Made by a program: the position numbers and the translations under genes
Notes under the pieces: generated by a model
Seen by the model: only the letters and a program-made list of their open reading frames with translations
Databases searched by the model: none
What the model was told of the DNA's origin: nothing
Shown here: in pieces, positions 32,865-47,849 of the stretch
Numbering within the stretch: the stretch's first letter is position 1
Layout of the letters: each line of letters opens with the position of its first letter
Assembly (NCBI RefSeq): GCF_009914755.1
Contig: NC_060936.1
Source: the human T2T-CHM13v2.0 reference genome, Homo sapiens
DNA length: 64,000 bases
Strand: one strand, 5' to 3'

Positions 32865-33960
32865 TATTAGTTTCCTGTGCCTACTGTAACAAATCACCAG
32901 GAATTTTGTGGCTTAAAACAACAGATATTTACTCTCTCACAGTTCTGGAGGCTAGAAGTCTGAAATCGGTATCACTGGGCTGAAATCGAAGTGTCGGCAG
33001 GGCTGCACTCCCTCCAGGGGCTCTAGTAAAGAATCGGTTTCTTGCTTCTTCCAGCTTCTGTTGGCCAACAGCATTCCCTGGCTTGTGGCCACATAACTTT
33101 AATCTCTTCTTTGTGTAATCTCTCTCTGCCTCTGTCTTATGTAGACACTTATGATTCCATTTAAATACTGATGATTCCACATCTACAAAGACCCTTTCTC
33201 CATATGTGTTAGGCCATTCTTGCATTGGTATAAAGAAATACCTGAGGCCGGGCACAGTGGCTCACGCCTGTAGTTCTACTTTGCGAGGCTCAAGTGGGCA
33301 GATCACTGGAGGCCAGGAATTTGAGACCAGCCTGGCCAACATGGTGAAACCCCATCTCTACTAAAAATACAAAAATTAGCTAGACATGGTGGTGCGTGCC
33401 TGTAGTCACAGTTACTCAGGAGGCTGAGGCAGAGAATCGCTTGAACCCAGGAGGCGCAGGTTGGAGTGAGCCAAGATCACACCACTACACTCCAGCCTGG
33501 GTGACAGAGTGAGACTCTATCTCAAAAAAAGAAAGAAAGAAAGAAAGAAAAAAGACATACCTGAGACTCGGTAATTTATACAGAAAAGAAGTTTAACTGG
33601 CTCACAGTTCTGCAGGCTGTACAGAAAGCATGGTGCCAGCATCTGCTTGGCTTCTGGGGAGGCCTTACGGAGCTTTTACTTGTGGAGGAAGGTGAAGCAG
33701 GAGCAGGCATCTCTCACATGGCAGAGTGGGAGCAAGAGAGAGTTAGGAGGAGGTGCCACATACTTTTAAAGAAACAGATCTTCTGAGAACTCACTCACCA
33801 GTGAGGACAGCACCAAGAATACGCCCCTATGACCCAAACACCTCCCATCAGGCCCAACCCCCAACACTGGGGATTATAATTCAACGTGAGATTTGGTAGG
33901 GACATATATTCAAACTACATCACCATATAGGATAACATTTACAGGTTGCAGGGACTAGCC
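32865..33960 (-). mobile_element. MLT1-family MaLR solo LTR (32865-33204, remnant 33923-33960), inserted in an L1ME fragment (~32740-34480)
   Basis: ctgtaacaaatcacc...ggcttaaaacaacagatattta...cacagttctggaggctagaagtctgaaatc...gtgtcggcagggctg. Confidence 0.85.
33205..33922 (-). mobile_element. MST-family (MSTB-like) MaLR solo LTR nested in MLT1, itself carrying an Alu (33246-33555)
   Basis: TG...CA termini with a 5-bp TSD ccata (33200-33204, 33923-33927); MST body ggctcacagttctgcaggctgtaca...ggtgccagcatctgcttggcttctgggga. Confidence 0.88.
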
Positions 33961-34588
33961 TACAATCCATCAATCCACTCCTAGGTAATTCCCTATAGAA
34001 ATTCTTGCACATGAACACCACATGACACGAACAAGAATATTCGTAGCAACACTGTTTATAATATCAAAAAGTGGAAACAACCCAAATATCCACCAACAGG
34101 AGAATGGGTACACTGTGTCATAGTTATATAATCCAAAATTATGCAGCAGTGAAAATAAATGAAGTATAGTGACACATATCAACACACAAGAATCATGTAA
34201 CACATGCAGGGTCCAAGAAAATGCAAGTCACAAAAAAATACACATGACATACTACATTTATATAATAAAGTCTTAAAACACACAAAACTAAAATAAGCCC
34301 TATATTGTTTAGGGCTATATGCATAATATGATAAAATAATAAAAGCAAAAGAAAAACAAAATTCAGAAGGGCAGTTTCCTATGTGGAAGAGAGGGAGTGT
34401 TGGTCTTGTACAGCTGACCAGGAGCTTTAAAGGTACTAGTAAGGGTCTATATCTTAACTGGATGGTAGGATCACAGGAAAATAAGGGGTGTGTGTGTGTG
34501 TGTATGTTTGTGTGTGTATTTAAAATGGCTACTCAAAAGATAGAGATACACAAACATGCACATACACATCCACTCAGACCTTTTAAAT

Positions 34589-35048
<460 letters not shown>

Positions 35049-35339
35049 ATATGATATAATTAATAATAAAAAATTGTAATTCCTATTGGTTGTTATTCCA
35101 GTACTGGAAAGCAGACTAAGATCACCATCCCCACTGCTGATAAGCACGAAATGGTTTCTCTAGAGATGTGGCTCTATCACTGTATAATGAAAGTATTCCC
35201 AATGCAAGGTGTGATGAGCCCAAGTGCTTCACATTTTTAGAAACAGTGTGAGCTGATGCACAAGCTACACTTGGGATGATGCTGCAATCAGCTCTGCCTC
35301 TGGAAGGAGCTATTGCTTGTCTGGGAGACTAAAGCCTAG

Positions 35340-35562
35340 ACCAGGAGCTCTCCCATTGAGGTAGGAGGGAGAAACTGTCTTCCAGGTGGCATCTGGCAAG
35401 GTCTAGAGATATTTTTGGTTGTCGCAAGTATAGACGAGCTACTGGCATCTAGTGGGTAGAGACCAGGGATGCTGCTTACATCCTACAATGCACAGGACAG
35501 CCCCACAGCAAAGAATGATCTGGCTCAAAATGTCAATAGTACTGAGGATGAGAACGCCTGGT
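35340..35562 (+). mobile_element. MER20 DNA transposon
   Basis: ctactggcatctagtgggtagagaccagggatgctgct...cctacaatgcacaggacagcccc...caaaatgtcaatagt. Confidence 0.88.
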
Positions 35563-36963
35563 CTATAGTGACCCCTTGATAGAGTGTGTGCAGTAAGGCT
35601 AACTATTGCCATATGACATTAAGTACAACAATACCATCTCTCATAAAAGATATAGAAAGCCCCTGTTTGCAAAATTTATCAATCCTCAGAATTGTGCATA
35701 GGAACGATTCTATTCATGTGCCGAATTTGACAAATTTTATATATAATTATTAGGTACCAGAAGGATGCTGATAGACTGCATGCTCAAGGGTGGGGATTTA
35801 CATTAATTCATCTTTATACCTTCTGCATTCAAACCTCAATGTGTCTTGAATAGTTTCTCCTGAAATGAGGCACAAAACACAATACCTGGCACAAGGTAAG
35901 CACTCAATAACATTTACTAATATTATTTTTAAAAATCTTTTTCGAATTAACTCTAAACTCTTGTCAGTATAGCTTATAGCTTTGTCTGTTTTGCTCACCA
36001 ATGTATCACAAGTGCCAGAGAACTTGGCACATAATAGATGCTAGACAAATATTTACTGAATGAGCAGCAGATTAAAAATGCTACCTGTCAGTGCACATAC
36101 ATTAAAAATGCCACCTGCTAGGGAACATACATGCTCCCCCAAACAAGACAAACAAGCTACAGAAGGAGCAACAGACACAATAAGGCACCACTTCCAAATG
36201 CACTCCCAGGTCAGCACTTCTGTTTGAGACTTCTGACCCTTCACCTTTTTTAAGATCAGAGGCATTAACCTGTGCCTCTAAACCTGTGGTTTGTAACTGT
36301 TTGGCTGAATGTGAATATGCACCCAGTGACTACTCAATAAAAATTCCCAATAACTATGGCTGACCACTAAGTCCCTCTAAGAAACATAAGAAAGGTTACC
36401 TATTTTATGCCACTGAATCTTGCCCTTCCTGTCAATTCCTGCTCACAGCTGTGCCTGACTAATTAAAACTCCCTGGAAACCTCGTCTATCGCTTTACGGG
36501 TTATTTCTTCTGCTACATCAAAAGACTCCACTTTAGAATTCAAATCCATCTGTCTCCCTCAGTCTGCAAAGAACAAATGTTCAGAAAAACTAACCGACTA
36601 GCTAAAATTAAATGTACCTTTCCCAGCTAAGACTTAATATGTGTTGGGGGCAGGGAGCAAGCAATCTAAGGATAAACCACTAAAAAGAAGATAAAACAAA
36701 GCTTAACCATATGAGATAGTACTTAGATAGTCATTCAACTCCCATCTTAGCAGACCAGGGACAAATCCAGAAATTCTTGGTTGAAATGGATTTATATCCA
36801 AAGGCAAAATTTTCTGGTGAAGCTAATATATGACAAACATTGCTCACCCAAAATAATATGACTCTAGACCCCAAAGGTTTGCTCATCCATTTTCCTCTCA
36901 TTTGGACCTCAGAGAGCCTAAATTGGCTCATAACCTATAGCTTCACTTTTTGATATATGAAAT

Positions 36964-37041
36964 GATTTATTGTTGAAGGCTAACTATTGCCATCTGACAT
37001 TAAGTACAATAAAATCTCTCACAAAAGGATTTATTGTTGAA
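36964..37041 (+). repeat. 50-bp copy of 35597-35649 flanked by a 14-bp direct repeat
   Basis: gatttattgttgaa at 36964-36977 and 37028-37041 encloses ggctaactattgccatctgacattaagtacaa...tctcacaaaag. Confidence 0.92.
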
Positions 37042-37246
37042 CTATTGGTCCTATCCCATGATCAGAAAAACACTAAAGGCCGGGCATGGTGGCTCACACC
37101 TGTAATCCTAACACCTTGGGAGGCCAAGGCAAGAGGATTGCTTGAGCCTGGGAGTTCAAAACCAGCCCGATCAACACAGGAAGACCCTGTTTTCAACAAA
37201 AAAATTAAAAATTAGCCAGTTGTGATAGTGCATGCCTGTAGTCCTA

Positions 37247-37357
<111 letters not shown>

Positions 37358-39539
37358 CTATTTAAAAACAAACAAACAAACAAAAAACAATAAGAAATGT
37401 AATCTAGTTTTTATGACCTTTCTTTGGAACCTATAACTTCAAACTTCTAAGAATTGTTTCAATTATTGAAGTAAAATATATAAAATTGCCTGATCTTAAT
37501 GCTGCTTTTACTATCGCATCTGAGTTACAGTTTTGCCTAGAAGTAATTACAGGATGAATACACGAAAATATTCTAGAACACTGAAAAAAACTCTAGTGCA
37601 AAATGGATTTTAAGCAAGAAGTTGCCTCTGTGAGATCTGATTAAATTTTTGCTGCCAAAACCACGTATGCCAAATTATGCCATGTCATACCTATCTTCTG
37701 TGATGTCACAAGACATCTAAAGTTCAACTTCTCTTTCCAATATGCTTTTTCACCAAAGAAATCCTTTCCCTAGTAAGCAATGTAACAGTTAAAATGAAGC
37801 ATAAATCACAACCAAAAAATTTTACTTCTTAGAAAGTTCCTTCAAAAACACTGTAATTTATTACACTGATGCACATGTAATTTACAACACTCTGTAACAC
37901 TCAGAGGTTACTAGTAAAATGAAACAAGTTTCCTTCTTTTATGTTCAAAATCATATAACTGTACAATTTTAGAATTTCACAAAAACTCCTAAAGCTACAG
38001 CAAAATCACCTCCAAAGACATGTCAAATCTTTTTTTATTACACTGGAAATCTGCTGTACCAAATATAACAGAAAATAAATGTACAACCACTTAGGCTTAA
38101 ACATATTTTTGTTACATAAATATGTTGTAAAAGGTTTAACCTGCATCCTTGATGTCCCACAGCACATAGGTAGCATTCTTTCAAAACTATCCTTCAAATT
38201 ATTTGACATTCTATTTCTTTGAACACTATTTCTAAATAAATTAATTAAACAGCAGGTTCCAAATGCAATTCAACAAGCTTTATGTATGACATGGCTTCTG
38301 ATGTACAAAGCAGTAATATGCACTGCAAGGATTAAAAAACATTTGAAGGTACAAAAATATTGAACACTGTTTGTATTAGAGAAAAAACTGAGGCTGTGCA
38401 TGGTGGCTCAGGTCTGTAATCCCAGCACTTGGGGAGACCAGGGAGGGAGGATCACTTGAGGTGAGGAATTTGAGACTAGCCTGGGCAACACGGCAAGACC
38501 TCACCTCTACAAAAAAAAATTAAAATTAGCTGGGCATGATGGTACAAGCCTGTAGTCTTAGCTACATGAAAGGCTGAAGTGGGAGGATTTCTTGAGGCCA
38601 GGAGTTCAAGGCTCCAGTGAGCTATGATCACGCCACTATACTGCAGCCTGGGCAACAGACAGAGAGACCCCATCTCTTGGGAAAAAAAAAAGTGAAATCA
38701 ACCTAAAATATTTACCAACAGGAGAAGGGCTAAATCACCTGTGAGGAAGTTAAAAAATAAAGAGGCTGAGTGATATACATGTGAATAAAGCTGAGGCCAG
38801 ATATTGAGTGAAAAAAACAAGTTGCAAAAATATGCATATAACAACATTGATGTTTTTAAAAAGACAATACTGTATGAATAGCTCCGATGGGTAGCATCTT
38901 CAGGTTTTGTGACTGAACAAGCTAAGAGTTGAGATGAACTTGCCTGGAGGACGCCAACTATGGCAGGGAGGAAAATGGAATGGGTTTTGAATAGGGCTTA
39001 ATGTGAATCCTAAATCTCTCTCCACAAGGCTTCCTAAGGCAAGTCTGTAGATCATTTAACAACTTTTAGTAATAAATTTTGATTTCCACTCATTTAAAAC
39101 TGTAAGGGACAACTTTTAGAATTTTAACTCCAAGTATTTCCAACCCTTAATGGCTTTAAGGAGAAAAATCAACAACAACTACAGAAATATCCTAGAATGT
39201 CCTGTTTTAGCAAAACACTAAAACTGAAAACCAAAAACTGCAGGGGGGTTATAACTGGTCCTCTGGTTTCTGTAACAATTCAGATGAGTGTTATGCATAA
39301 AGAACATGACCTGGTAAACCGCCACACTATAAGAAACTAAACAAGCCATCCAACACTTCTGTTCAAAATACAAACTCCAAAACTAGCTTAACTCAGAGCT
39401 CACAAAAAGGTCAACAGGGCAGAGGCACATAAGTATGAATACAGAAGAGGATAGACTGGGGGGAAGATGGCAGTAGGTCTCTGGACTGTCTTGAGTTTTT
39501 CCTATCACATATAAAATGTTTGGATTAAGAAAAAAATCA

Positions 39540-39875
<336 letters not shown>

Positions 39876-40562
39876 TCAGGCTGGGTACAGAGGTGCATGC
39901 CTGTCCCAGCACTTTGGGAGGCCAAGGCAAGAGGATCACATGAGCCCAGGAGTTCAAGACCAGCCTGACTAGTATAGTAAGACTCCATCTTTTAAAAATT
40001 GCCAAAAATAGTAGGGTGTGATGGCATGTACCTGTGGTCCCAGCTACTCAGGAGGCTGAGGCAAGAGGATTACTTGAGCCTAGGAGGTTGAGGCTGCAGT
40101 AAGCCATGATGGCCCTGCTGCACACTCCAACCTGGGTGACAGAGCAAGACCCTATCCCCTACCAAAAAAAGAAAAAAAAAAAGTGTGATGGAAGAACAAG
40201 GTCAGAAGAAGAAAAAAGAAGAAAAAAACCAGGACAATGAAACGATATGAAAACAATAAACAAGACTCTAACTCCTGTCTACAAAAACAAACAAAACCAA
40301 CCAACCAAACAAGCAAACCTTAATAGTATAAGAAACACAAAAGTAAATACCAGAATAAGCAATTAGAGGAAAATTAGTTTACAAGAGAAAATTAACTATA
40401 TATTAATTATATTATGGCATTTGTTACAGAGCCTGGAAGTAAATTCATGAAATAATGAGGTTCGAGTAATTTATCTTTTCTTCCTTTTGCTTTTTCAAAT
40501 TTTGTCAGGTGAGTATGTATGGCTTTTGTAAGATGCTATTTTAGAAAGAACAGGAAGTAGCT

Positions 40563-40989
<427 letters not shown>

Positions 40990-43900
40990 CTAAGGAGTGC
41001 GACTGCCCCATTTCACAGGTGAGAAAACTGCGGGTTTAGAAGGTTAACCCATTGGCCAAGGTTACCTCACTTGTAATTGGTGTACTAGAATTAAAAGGCA
41101 GTCTCTAAACTCAGAGCCCACTTTGTGAACCACATTACCTGTGTTTCTCACACACACCTGATAAGAATCACCTTGAGCACTGGTGAAAAAATCATATTCC
41201 CCCTATGCCTTCTGCCAGAGATCCTGGGAATCTGCATGTTTAACAGGCATCCCAGAAATTCTTTTCTCTCTCTCCTTTTGTTTCCTTTTCTTTCCCTCCC
41301 CTCAGATCACTTTGGTACATACCAGCAATTCTTACCAGGTGCAGCTTGAGAAACTCTGCCCACCCTCGACTGCCACTCAAACTTTTTATTTAGGATGAAG
41401 CCTATTACTACATATAAACTGGCTCTCATTGCAAGATGAGCTATTTAAATGCCAGATACTGCACTCCAAGACAAGCACAAACAAAACCTAGACCATCTAT
41501 AGTTGAAGCTACTCTTGGCTTTCCAGAGAGAGAGAGAAATTGTCACTTTATAACATAAATCAGGAAAGATTTTTGTGTTGAGGCTGCCATAGTTCTTGAA
41601 TTTCTCCAGCCCCGACAGTTGCTCTGAGAGTCATATTTTCCCCAGCCAGAACTCAGTGGTGGGGAAAGGAGCAGGGCAATATGTTGAGTGACCACTCTAT
41701 TTGATTGCTCTCCTTTTTTAAAATACGAGAAAAGGAGACAGAATTTCACATTCCTAAATCAGAGCTTTCCTAGCTCTTAATTATCAATTATTATCAATTA
41801 TTTGGATTAGTATTTCATATATCCATATATACTGGAAATGTTGGTGCCCAAGGCAAATTGGAGAATTCATGTCCCTCCTAAAGGTATTCAAAGTATTTTT
41901 GAAAACCTCTGCACATCAAACAAAATCTGTGGGTTGAATCTGGCCTTCTAACTACAGTTTGCAATTCCTCTGGCCTCGACTTTTCATGTTTCTTTTTTCA
42001 TAAATATATACATTTATCATATAAAATATATATTTATATATTTCAGGAAGGAGGAGCAAATGTTGAATAAAAAATATCTGATGATAAATGAGTTGGTGTC
42101 TGTCAAGCAGGCTCTTTGAAAAAGGAGACTCAGCCAGGCATGGTGGCTCATGTCTGTAATCCCAGGACTTTCGGAGGCCGAGGTGGGTGGATCACTTGAG
42201 GCCGGGAGTTCAAGACCAGCCTGGCCAACACGGCAAAAACCCATCTCTACAAAAATACAAAAATTAGCCGGGTGTGATGGAGCACGCTTGTAATCCCAGC
42301 TACTTGGGAAGCTGAGGCATAAGAATCGCTTGCAACCCGGGAGGCAGTGGTTGCAGTGAGCCAAGATTGCACCACTGCACTCCAGCCTGGGAGTCAGAGA
42401 GAGACCCTGTCTCAAAAACACAAAAAAGAAAGAAAAGAAAACAGAGACTCCCGGATTGGGAAGAACCTAGCAATTGAAATACAAAGCCAGGGAAACTTAA
42501 GGAATTTACTTGCACTTCAGTTACCTAATATTAACCATCAATATGCAAATATCATACGTCAGAACCCTAGTGGAGCTATGATTCACAACCTTTCTTCTAT
42601 TCCAACATAGCTGAGAAAGACATCACACTCTGTGGTTTCCTAAAGCCAAGATGCTCAGGGCAGAAGGAGATGGGGGCCCCATGGCAGGTGGTAAGAACTG
42701 CTGATTTAGAACATAAGGACAGTATGTTAGCCCAAGCTGTGTTTGCTCTCATGCCAATTGCTTGCCAGATGAACTGTACACACATTCCATTTATATGGAT
42801 GACGTGTAACAGGACAATATACAGAATTCCATGCTTGAGCTTTTTCAGGCTGTCACCTCATGGGCTCTGCCTCTATCTTTGCCCCAGTCTTGAGCAGAAA
42901 TAGTTCGCTTCTGAGTCTGGATAGGCCATAGAGATCTACCATAAAATAGCAGAACACCATGAACTTTTATAATCTGAACATTTTAAAGACCAAGCATTCT
43001 AATTGCAGGTGGAAAAACTTAAAAAATTTTTAAATTTAATCAAATCGCTGCAGCACAGAGAAAAGTTATGGTTGATATTAAGAAATAAACTAGATTAACA
43101 CAAGAGTAGTTCTACAAGGGAATGCATTAGGAGGAGCATATACTTTATCTGGGTAACCCTAGCATCTTTCTATTTTTATAAGCGACCTCTAAAGCAAGAG
43201 GTGAGAAACCTATCAATTTTATAGTTGAGAGAAATAAGCCTCACCAAACAGACTCTACTATGCCCTTGAAATAGGTTTTAGAATGCTCCTGAATGTTGTA
43301 TCAAACAGAACTATAGATGGAAAACTTAAAACTTATATTCACTAAAATATTATGTGGAGCATAATCCTATTTTTATAAAAAATGTGGGCCGGGAGATCAT
43401 GCCTGTAATCCCAGCACTTTAGAGGTCGAGGCAGATGAATCGCTTGAGGCCAAGAATTTGAGACCAGCCTAGCAACATAGCTAGACCCTGTCTCTATAAA
43501 AAAAAATTAAAAGATGAGCTGGACACAGTGGTGTGTGCGTATAGTCCCACCTCCTTGGGATTGCTTGAGCACAGGTATTCGAAGTTGCAGTGAGCTATGA
43601 TCACACCACCGCAGTCTAGCTAGCTTGAGCAACAAAGTGAAACCCCCTATCTTTTGGGGAAAAAAAAGTGTATATTAGCAAGAAATGAAAAAATATATAA
43701 ATAAATAAAAGTGCATGCATAGGTTTTATATATAAACCTATGTATGTATATATACTAAGCATTTATATATCTAGAGAGAGGAAGAGGAGGAGCAGGTTCA
43801 AAATCTTAACAGAGGAATTATGGTTGATTTTCATCTTCTTTTTTTGTTATCTTTATTTTCCAAGTTGTTTACAATAAACACAAATTGCCTTTGAATGAGG

Positions 43901-46900
43901 AGGAGGGATATGATATCCTGGTAAAATACTTAAAATATAACATTAGGTGAATAAACAGGCTACAAAACAAAAATAAAATATTTTTACTACTTTTAGAAAT
44001 ATTATGCATAAAGAGGCCAGGTGCGGTGGCTCACGCCTGTAATCCCAGTTTGGGAGGCCAAGGCGGGTGGATCATGAGGTCAGGAGTTCGAGACCAGCCT
44101 AGCCAATATGGTGAAACCCCATCTGTACTAAAAATACAAAAACTTAGCCGGGTGTGGTAACACATGCCTATAGTCCCAGCTACTGGGGAGGCTGAGGCAG
44201 AAGAATCGCTTGAACCCAGGAGGCAGAGGTTGAGTGAGCCGAGATCGCACCACTGCACTCCAGCCTGGGCGACAGAGCAAGACTCTTGCTCCAAAAAAAA
44301 AAAAAAAAAAAAAAAGAAAGAAAAAGAAAAGAAACATTATGCATAAAGAAACCTAGAAGAAAATACGGCCAAATCAACATTTAAAAATTTTGTTGCATGT
44401 TATTTCCTTATCAAGTTACTTTCCAGTGAAGAGTCTAATTGGCAAAGATAAGGCATGCTCCTGGGGAAGAAGTCAGATGAAAACATCTAGTTTTGCTTCC
44501 CTCTTGTTATATGAATCTCAATCTCATGCTGAGAACAGATGGCAAAAAAAAAAATTGGCACAGAATGCAACTACGGCAGTACAAATATGGTGGTCAGCAG
44601 GAAATACATTATTCTTAATTTCAACCTTTTCCTGGAAACAGTGCCTGGAGTGTTATGGAGTAAAAATGGGTGAACAGGTGTAGGAGGATTTTATTTTTGG
44701 CAAGGGCTGAAAGCAAAGGAGAAAAATTAGTTTGATTTAAGGAGCCTACTTAATTCTAGAAAAGAAATAAAACAGACTGGGAACACATTGAATAATTTTA
44801 TATTTCTGTAAATGTTCATATTTTTTGGAAAGGCTATCAATAATATGATATTTTTCTTTTTCTTTTTCTTTTTTTTGAGACAGGGCCTCATTCTGTTGCC
44901 CAGGTTGGAGTGCAGTGGCACAAACACAGCTCACTGCAGCCCCAAACTCCTGGACTCAAGTGATTTTCCTGCCTCAGCCTCCCATGTAGCTGGTCCCACA
45001 GGCGCGCACCACCATGCCTGGCTAATTAATTTATTTTATTGTTGAGACAGGTTCTTGCCATGTTGCCTAGGCTGAACTCCTGGGCTCAAGTCATCTCGTG
45101 CCTTGGCCTCCCAAAGTGCTGGAATTACAGGCATGAGCCACCACACCCAGCCATACGATACTTTTTATTTGGATACCAAATGTCTTCTTAGAACTCTAAA
45201 CTCAAAATAAACGTGCCATTCTCATGATATGCTAAAAGGAGGTAATAATCATTTCTGGGGAAACAGTATGTGTTATCAGAAATAATATTATTTTGTATAA
45301 CTTCTCTTGCTTTGGCTTCATTGATTTTAGAGCAGCATCGTCATGTTCTCATAAGCTTTTAAGTATTCTACCCAAGAATCTGCTTCTGAGAGGTTTAAAG
45401 TACCCATGTTGTTTTTCTTTATTAAGGATATGTACTAACGCTACACATGAAGCCAATGAAGTCAAACAGGCCCTCCCCAATCTGTCAGTATATTTTTATC
45501 TAACAAGTTTTAGTGTTCTTGGATGAATTCATTTTTCTAATCTTCAAAGAATCAAATATCTTTATAGTGTCCCTCAAGTGAGTAAGACTTTATTTCATCA
45601 TAAGAAAAAATAATACAATTTTAAAAGCTTAAGGTTGCCAGCAAGACACACCCTCAATGTTCATTCTCCACATACAGCTTGCTCTGATTTATGGTGCCAG
45701 TACTTTTGGCCACACAATTCACTACACTTTGTTCTCCTGGTTACTGGTGTCAGTGACAGGGCTAGGTCAACTCTTTGGCTAATGTGGCTAGCTCAGTAGA
45801 TTAGAACCAAATGCAAGTATGGCTCAATTTAAATTAAGGGCCCATTAGTCTCCCTAAAAAAGAGCTTAATTCCATGTCAGAAATCTACTGGAGTGTGAAT
45901 GGCAGCATACATCATCACTTTCATTCAAAATGTGTGGTCAGCTTGGTCACTGGCCACCTCGTTTCATATTCTACAGAGGAAGACATGTTTGGTTTGGGTA
46001 AGGGTTTATTTCCCATGTCTTGCAGATCTGAAGATCTGTACCTAGCTTTCTGTGTAGGTATATCAAATAGCCAGTCCCTGCACTCCCCTCCTGACTTGCT
46101 TTATCAATGTTTTCAAAGAATTCAAATCTCTTGCTTCCAAATAGAAGCTTACTGTAAGATGAGCAGTCCCTGTGCACAAAGGAGACAAGGAGACCAGCCT
46201 CATGATCGCGTCAGAAGTGGTGGTTTGGCACTATCATCTCTAACCAAATGTGCAGGGCAGGGCAGGTTTGCATCTGCCAGGACACAGATAAGGGAGTATG
46301 GCTGGGCTTCCTTCTCCTATCTCAAAATATGGCTCATAACAGCATGGAGATCTTCTCTAGGTAACCAATTTAAATAATCTTTTAATAGTAGAAAACCAGG
46401 CCAGTGGTTTAGGAAACAAGTCTGTTTAAGCAAGTATTCCAACAAAGACAAATCTATAAATTTCCAGGTCTGTCTATAAACTATTCATAGTGGCTAAATA
46501 AATATCATGCTTTAATAAATACAAATTTCTAGGCAAGGGGTAAAAGTGAAAGGTGTTAATTTAGTGTGTTTAGTTGTCTTCTTGCATTAAAGCTACAGAT
46601 AAATCATGGAAGATCATAAATGACTATTTTTACTTTTTTTATGCTACACTGACTGACATAAAGATTTTACTACCAAGGATGGCATAAGTACCTACGTAGT
46701 AACATAGCCTAATAGATAAAATTACTGTCGGCATGTTTAAAAGGCAAAAATTCTAACCCAAAGTATCTCAGTCATCTCAGTCACTAATCTTTCTGTTATT
46801 CAGTTTCTTAATCTTTAAAACAAAGACAGAATGAATATGGCCTACCATTTCCCTTCACTTTCCTATTTTGGTGTTTTCATTCAATTTAACAGATATTCAG

Positions 46901-47004
46901 CAAAACTACCACACTATGGGTAGTGAGAAGGCTGAGGAGCTCTCATATAAATGCATATGCAGTTATAGGGAAACTAATAACTTTTCCTATTAAGAAGCTT
47001 TTGC

Positions 47005-47849
<845 letters not shown>

